From positions 1 to 64,000 of the forward strand of contig CAWAIF010000003.1 of NCBI GenBank assembly GCA_963782055.1: a DNA stretch of 64,000 bases. Direction: 5' to 3'. Under the pieces are notes generated by a model. It worked only from the letters and a program-made list of their open reading frames with translations. It did not search any database and had not been told where the DNA came from. Below are positions 59,565 through 64,000 of this stretch, in pieces. Position 1 is the stretch's first letter. Each line of letters starts with the position of its first letter. A program made the position numbers and the translations under genes. This DNA is from an uncultured delta proteobacterium. GTDB lineage: Bacteria; Myxococcota_A; Polyangia; Polyangiales; Polyangiaceae.

Positions 59565-60401
59565 GTGCCCTACACCTACGAGTTCCCCCGTCCCGCCGTG
59601 ACGGTCGACGTCGTGCTCTTCACCATCCGCGCCGGGGAGATCTCGGTGCTGCTCATCCGCCGCGCGCAGGCGCCCTTCAAGGGGCAGTGGGCGCTGCCCG
59701 GCGGCTTCGTCGAGCCCAGCGAGACGCTGGAGCGCGCCGCGCTGCGCGAGCTTCACGAGGAGACCAACCTGGGTGCGGTGCCGCTCGTGCAGCTCGGCGC
59801 CTTCGGCGATCCGGGCCGCGATCCGCGCGGGCACACCGTGAGCGTCGCGTACTTCGCCTTCCTCGTCGCGCCCTCGCGGCCGGTCGCCGGCGACGACGCC
59901 GCCGCCGCCCAGTGGATGCCCCTTCGGTCCATCCCGGAGGCCGACGCGCCGCCCAGGACGCGCGGCGCGGTGCGGCTCGCCTTCGACCACAGGCGCATCG
60001 TGGCCGCCGCGCACGCGCGCCTGAAGGAGCGCCTGCAGGGCCCCGCGCACCCCGCCCTGCTTGAGCTGGTGCCGCAGCGCTTCACGCTCAGCGAGCTGCA
60101 GCACGTCTACGAGGCGGTCGTGGGCAAGCAGATGGACAAGCGCAACTTCCGCTCCCGGCTGCTGATGCGCAAGCTCGTCGAGCCGGTCGCGGCGGCGCGG
60201 CGCACCGGTCGCCACCGCCCGGCGCAGCTCTATCGGTGGGTGGGCGGGGCGCGCGAACAGGAGGCCGCGCCGGCCGCGCCCCCGGCGAAGACGCGTGGCC
60301 ATGCCCGCGCCGCGCGCCCCAAGGCCGTCCCCGCCGCGCCGAAGCGCTCCAGGAGCCCCGCAACGCGCGGCCGCGCGCGCGCCGGCAAACGGGTACGATA
60401 G
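59565..60401 (+). CDS. nrtR: NrtR-family NUDIX/wHTH regulator
   Basis: VTVDVVLF, WALPGGFV..E.L..AA.REL.EET, RDPRG, LAFDH, FTLSELQ..YE, DKRNFR, RPAQLY; basic tail. Confidence 0.88.
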   Translation: MPYTYEFPRPAVTVDVVLFTIRAGEISVLLIRRAQAPFKGQWALPGGFVEPSETLERAALRELHEETNLGAVPLVQLGAFGDPGRDPRGHTVSVAYFAFLVAPSRPVAGDDAAAAQWMPLRSIPEADAPPRTRGAVRLAFDHRRIVAAAHARLKERLQGPAHPALLELVPQRFTLSELQHVYEAVVGKQMDKRNFRSRLLMRKLVEPVAAARRTGRHRPAQLYRWVGGAREQEAAPAAPPAKTRGHARAARPKAVPAAPKRSRSPATRGRARAGKRVR

Positions 60402-60407
60402 CCCCCG

Positions 60408-61841
60408 ATGCGCTCGACGCCCCCCACCGCACCGGTGCTCTCCGTCAACTCCCTGTCGATGGGCTTCGACGCCTTCGTCGCCCTCGCGGCGGCCATGCAG
60501 TGCGGGCTCGCCAACTCCCGCGCCACGTTCGAGTGCGTGCTCTCCGGTGATGGCGCCTTCGCCGTCATGGCCGGCCTGGAGCCGCTGCTCGACGCGCTGG
60601 AGCGCTTCCGCATGAAGGCCGACGAGATCACCTACCTGCGCGACGCCGGCGCCATCGACGCCAAGCTCGCGCAGCGTCTCGCCGACGCGCGCTTCACCTG
60701 CGACGTCGACGCCGCGCCGGAGGGCTCGGTCGTCTTCCCCGGCGCGCCCGTCATCGTCGTCGACGGGCCCTTCTGGCAGGCGCAGCTCGTGGAGGCGTGG
60801 GTGGTCAGCTCGGTGGACGTCGCCACGCAGGTGGCGTCGCAGATGGCGCGCGCGGTCATCGCGGCCGACGGCGTCGAGGTGCTCGAGGCGGGCACCACCC
60901 ACACCAACCGCCTCGGCGGCAACCCGCTCCTCGCGCGCGCGGCGTTCGTCGGCGGCGCGGGCGCGACCACGCACGCCCTCGCCGGCCGGCGCTACGGCGT
61001 GCCTGTCCGGTCGCGCCAGCCGCGCAACTTCGTCCTCGCGTGCAAGAACGAGCAGGCCGCCTTCGAGGCGTGGCTGAAGGGCGCCGGCGATCAGGCCATC
61101 CTGCGCATCGACTCCCGCCACCCGGGCGCGTCGATCGATCACGCCGTCGCCGCCGCGCGCTCACGCGCCACCGCCTCGTGGAGCGACGCGCCGCTCGCCA
61201 TCGAGGTGGACGCCGGGGAGGTCGTCGACCTCTCCAACATCGCCATCGAGCGCTTCGCCAAGGCGGGGCTGAAGTCGCCCGTCATCGTCGTCGCCGGCGA
61301 CCTGGACCCGCAGCGCATCGACGAGCTGCGGCGCAGCGGCGCGCCCGTGGCCGCCTTCGTCGTGGAGCCCACCGTCGCCCCGCTCCCCCTCGCGCGCTAC
61401 GCCCTCGCGGCCATCGAGGAAGGCGGCCAGTGGTCGCCGCGCATCAACCTGGGCCCGGACCTGCACGCCACCCGCGCCCCCGGCCGCAAGGTGCTGCTGC
61501 GCTACTTCGACGCCGACGGCCACCCGGTGGGCGACGTCTCCCACGCCAACAACGAGCGGCACATGAGCCCCAAGGACGCCAAGCTGGTGGACGAGCGTAC
61601 GGGCTACACCGTGCGACTGGACGATGCGGCCTCCAGCGCACCGGTGCTGCACAAGGTCATGCGGGCGGGCAAGCGCGTGGAGTCCACCGAGCCGGCGCGC
61701 GAGTCGCGCGAGCGGTCCCTTCGGGCGGTGCAAGGTTTGCTGCCCAAGCACAAGCGGCTGGTGGTGCCTGCGCACTACCCCGTGGGGCTGACGACGGGCC
61801 TGGCCCACGCGCGGGACGAGCTGGCAGCGAAGCAGCGGTAG
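60408..61841 (+). CDS. Nicotinate phosphoribosyltransferase-like protein with degenerate active site
   Basis: ATFE, AGLE, PEGSVVFPG.P...V.GP..QAQLVE, ARAAFVGG, YGVPV, PGRK scaffold; catalytic motifs replaced. Confidence 0.8.
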   Translation: MRSTPPTAPVLSVNSLSMGFDAFVALAAAMQCGLANSRATFECVLSGDGAFAVMAGLEPLLDALERFRMKADEITYLRDAGAIDAKLAQRLADARFTCDVDAAPEGSVVFPGAPVIVVDGPFWQAQLVEAWVVSSVDVATQVASQMARAVIAADGVEVLEAGTTHTNRLGGNPLLARAAFVGGAGATTHALAGRRYGVPVRSRQPRNFVLACKNEQAAFEAWLKGAGDQAILRIDSRHPGASIDHAVAAARSRATASWSDAPLAIEVDAGEVVDLSNIAIERFAKAGLKSPVIVVAGDLDPQRIDELRRSGAPVAAFVVEPTVAPLPLARYALAAIEEGGQWSPRINLGPDLHATRAPGRKVLLRYFDADGHPVGDVSHANNERHMSPKDAKLVDERTGYTVRLDDAASSAPVLHKVMRAGKRVESTEPARESRERSLRAVQGLLPKHKRLVVPAHYPVGLTTGLAHARDELAAKQR

Positions 61842-61930
61842 GTGGGGCCACGGTGTGCGGCTCAGGGGGGGTTGCCCTCGGGCTCAGCCGCACCTACCCT
61901 GCGATTCCCCTACAAACGAACGAGGAACCC

Positions 61931-62542
61931 ATGGCCTACGAACTTCCCCCCCTCCCGTACCCGTACGACGCCCTCGAGCCGCACATCGACAAGGCGACCC
62001 TGGAGCTTCACCACGACAAGCACCACGCCGGGTACGTCAACGGGCTGAACGGCGCGCTCACCAAGCTGGCCGACGCCCGCAAGAGCGGCGACTTCGCCCT
62101 CGCCCAGCACTTCGAGCGCCTCGTCGCCTTCCACGGCGCGGGCCACCAGAACCACGTGCAGTACTGGGAGAACATGGCGCCCGCGGGCAAGGGCGGCGGC
62201 GGCGAGCCGACCGGCCCCCTCGCCGAGCAGATCAAGCGCGACTTCGGCTCCTTCGAGGCGTTCAAGAAGGAGATGACCGCGGCGACGGTGAGCGTGGAGG
62301 GCTCCGGCTGGGGCCTTCTCGCGTGGGAGCCGATGGGCAAGCGCCTCATCACCCTCTCGCTGATGAACCACCAGAACAGCGCGTTCACCGGGGCGGTGCC
62401 GCTCCTCATCTGCGACGCCTGGGAGCACGCGTACTACCTCAAGTACCAGAACAAGCGCGCGGACTACGTCAACGCGTGGTGGAACGTGGTCAACTGGGAG
62501 AGCGTCGCCAAGCGCTTCGCCGCCGCCACGCACTCGCACTGA
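61931..62542 (+). CDS. sod: Fe/Mn superoxide dismutase
   Basis: LPPLPY.YDALEP, HHDKHH, NH, GSGW, DAWEHAYY. Confidence 0.96.
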   Translation: MAYELPPLPYPYDALEPHIDKATLELHHDKHHAGYVNGLNGALTKLADARKSGDFALAQHFERLVAFHGAGHQNHVQYWENMAPAGKGGGGEPTGPLAEQIKRDFGSFEAFKKEMTAATVSVEGSGWGLLAWEPMGKRLITLSLMNHQNSAFTGAVPLLICDAWEHAYYLKYQNKRADYVNAWWNVVNWESVAKRFAAATHSH

Positions 62543-62569
62543 GACACGCGAGCCAGGCTCGCCAAAGCG

Positions 62570-62602
62570 AGAGCCCGCTCCCCGAGAAAGGGGGCGGGCT
62601 CT
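62570..62602. terminator. Stem-loop between convergent sod and PilZ genes
   Basis: AGAGCCCGCTCCC/GGGGGCGGGCTCT 13-bp stem; weak U-tract. Confidence 0.6.
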
Positions 62603-62628
62603 TCGCGTTCCGGGGGCGGGCGAAGCGC

Positions 62629-62955
62629 CTACTCGCCGGAGGAGGGGCCGCGGCGCGTCAGCAGCTTGTCGATGAGCTCGCGCGAGTACGCCGAGAGCTC
62701 GCGGAAGACGACGCCCATCCCGCTGGGGTCGCGCTCCACGCGCACCACCTCGCCCTCGCCCTCGATGGTCTCGATGTCGTCCATGATGACGGTGAAGCGC
62801 AGGTTCACGCGCGTGCCCACCGGCAACACGCTCTGCGACTTGATGAACACCCCCGTGCGCGAGATGTTCGTCACGTACTCCTGGATGAACGCGTCGAAGG
62901 ACTCGAACTCCTTGTTGATCGTGACGCGCTCGTCCTCGCGCTTCGGGTCGCTCAT
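62629..62955 (-). CDS. PilZ-domain protein (myxobacterial TIGR02266-like)
   Basis: KREDER, NISRTGVFI, GEVVR, GMGVVF. Confidence 0.88.
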   Translation of the reverse strand: MSDPKREDERVTINKEFESFDAFIQEYVTNISRTGVFIKSQSVLPVGTRVNLRFTVIMDDIETIEGEGEVVRVERDPSGMGVVFRELSAYSRELIDKLLTRRGPSSGE

Positions 62956-62957
62956 GA

Positions 62958-63707
62958 TCAGAAGGTGTACCGCAGGCCCAGGGTGGCGTCCCACGCGAGC
63001 GGCAGGTCGCTCCCCACGACCCGGGCGAAGTTGGTGAGGTAGCGCGCGCCCCCCGAGAGGGCCAGCGCCATGTGGCGGTCGATCTGGTACCACTCCAGCC
63101 CGAGGCGGCCGCCCGCCCAGAAGCCGACGCTCTCCGCGTTGTGGTAGCCGTAGTTGGTGAGCACGTTGGACTTCACGTACGCCGTCGCCCCGCCGGCGCC
63201 GCCCTGCAGGTACATGGCGACCCGATCGGTGAAGTGGACCGTGAAGCGCGCGCCGCCGCCGAAGCCCAGGATGGGGATGCCGCGGTTCTGCGAGGGGCCG
63301 ACGCTCTCCACCGTGTCGGTGTAGGCCAGCTCGCCCTCGCCGTAGAGCATCAGCCACTTGAAGAGCTCGTAGCCGAGCTGCGTGTGCATCCAGAAGGCGG
63401 GGTGGCCGGTGAGGCCGCCGAACTTGCCGGCGAAGCCGAGGACGCCCAGATCCTGCTGCAGCACCACGCCCTTGTGCCGCGGCGGGGGTGGGGGGGCCTC
63501 CGGCGGGGGCGCGGGCAGCGTGGATTCGTCCTTCTTCGTCGGGGTGATGGCCGACTGCGCCTGCTCCAGGGTGATCGTCTGCGAGGCGTCGCCCCCCGCC
63601 GCGGTGTCCGGCGCATCCGCTGCGCGTGCGACGGCAGGCGCCAGCGTCGCGGCGGCGAGCGCGGCGCAGCCCAGGAGGCCGGCGGGGAAGGGCGGACGGA
63701 GGCGGAT
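62958..63707 (-). CDS. Outer-membrane beta-barrel-like protein (start uncertain)
   Basis: Signal peptide ending AVARA, amphipathic beta strands, terminal LRYTF. No ATG/GTG at the signal start (ATC at 63707). Confidence 0.7.
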   Translation of the reverse strand: MRLRPPFPAGLLGCAALAAATLAPAVARAADAPDTAAGGDASQTITLEQAQSAITPTKKDESTLPAPPPEAPPPPPRHKGVVLQQDLGVLGFAGKFGGLTGHPAFWMHTQLGYELFKWLMLYGEGELAYTDTVESVGPSQNRGIPILGFGGGARFTVHFTDRVAMYLQGGAGGATAYVKSNVLTNYGYHNAESVGFWAGGRLGLEWYQIDRHMALALSGGARYLTNFARVVGSDLPLAWDATLGLRYTF

Positions 63708-63829
63708 GACCGCACGATAGACGAAATGCGCCTCCCCTCGCCAGCCCCGACGGCAACCGTTTGCAGGCGAACGATCGCCCCACCCCTCGATGTTTTGCCC
63801 TGCCCGGGGACCTCGCTTACCTTCGGGCC

Positions 63830-64000
63830 ATGAGAACTCCTCTGACAAACGGGGTCGTCGGGATCGGCGCCGCATGCGCCGCGCTCCTTTCGCTCGCCGC
63901 CCACGACGCCCGCGCCCAGGGCGCCGCCGCCACGCCGGCCCCCGCGGTCATGCCGCCCACGTCGTTCGCGCGCTTCGGCGACGCCCACGAGCTGGTCATC
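63830..64000 (+). CDS. Secreted protein, 5' partial (runs off the window)
   Basis: MRTPLTNGVVGIGAACAALLSLAAHDARA signal peptide; open frame to the window end. Confidence 0.6.
   Translation, partial: MRTPLTNGVVGIGAACAALLSLAAHDARAQGAAATPAPAVMPPTSFARFGDAHELVI

Overview
Very GC-rich, gene-dense chromosomal window from a myxobacterium, most consistent with Polyangia (Polyangiaceae/Labilithrix-like). The evidence is a MYXO-CTERM protease, two Ser/Thr kinases, two tandem-FHA proteins, a TIGR02266-like PilZ protein and a MopE-repeat lipoprotein. The first ~3.1 kb is the end of an integrative element (small cargo ORFs, excisionase-like HTH, tyrosine integrase) inserted at tRNA-Ser(GCT), with the integrase stop codon inside the tRNA. 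The rest is mostly housekeeping and signalling: SRP RNA, RNase E/G, rseP, aat, tlyA, mqnD, cinA-thpR, aspS, an ECF sigma/anti-sigma pair, ggt, gshB and SOD. Strongest leads: (1) a ferredoxin-dependent bilin reductase-like gene divergent from an FNR-like gene; (2) a 151-bp multi-hairpin repeat family, present as a tandem array plus two dispersed copies and carrying GCGAAGC mini-hairpins; (3) ggt and gshB head-to-head with overlapping start codons; (4) an apparently catalytically dead PncB homolog behind nrtR; (5) a recurring leaderless-mRNA signature; (6) two frameshifted genes, one in a (TC)5 tract. All family calls come from reading motifs by eye; no database searches were run.
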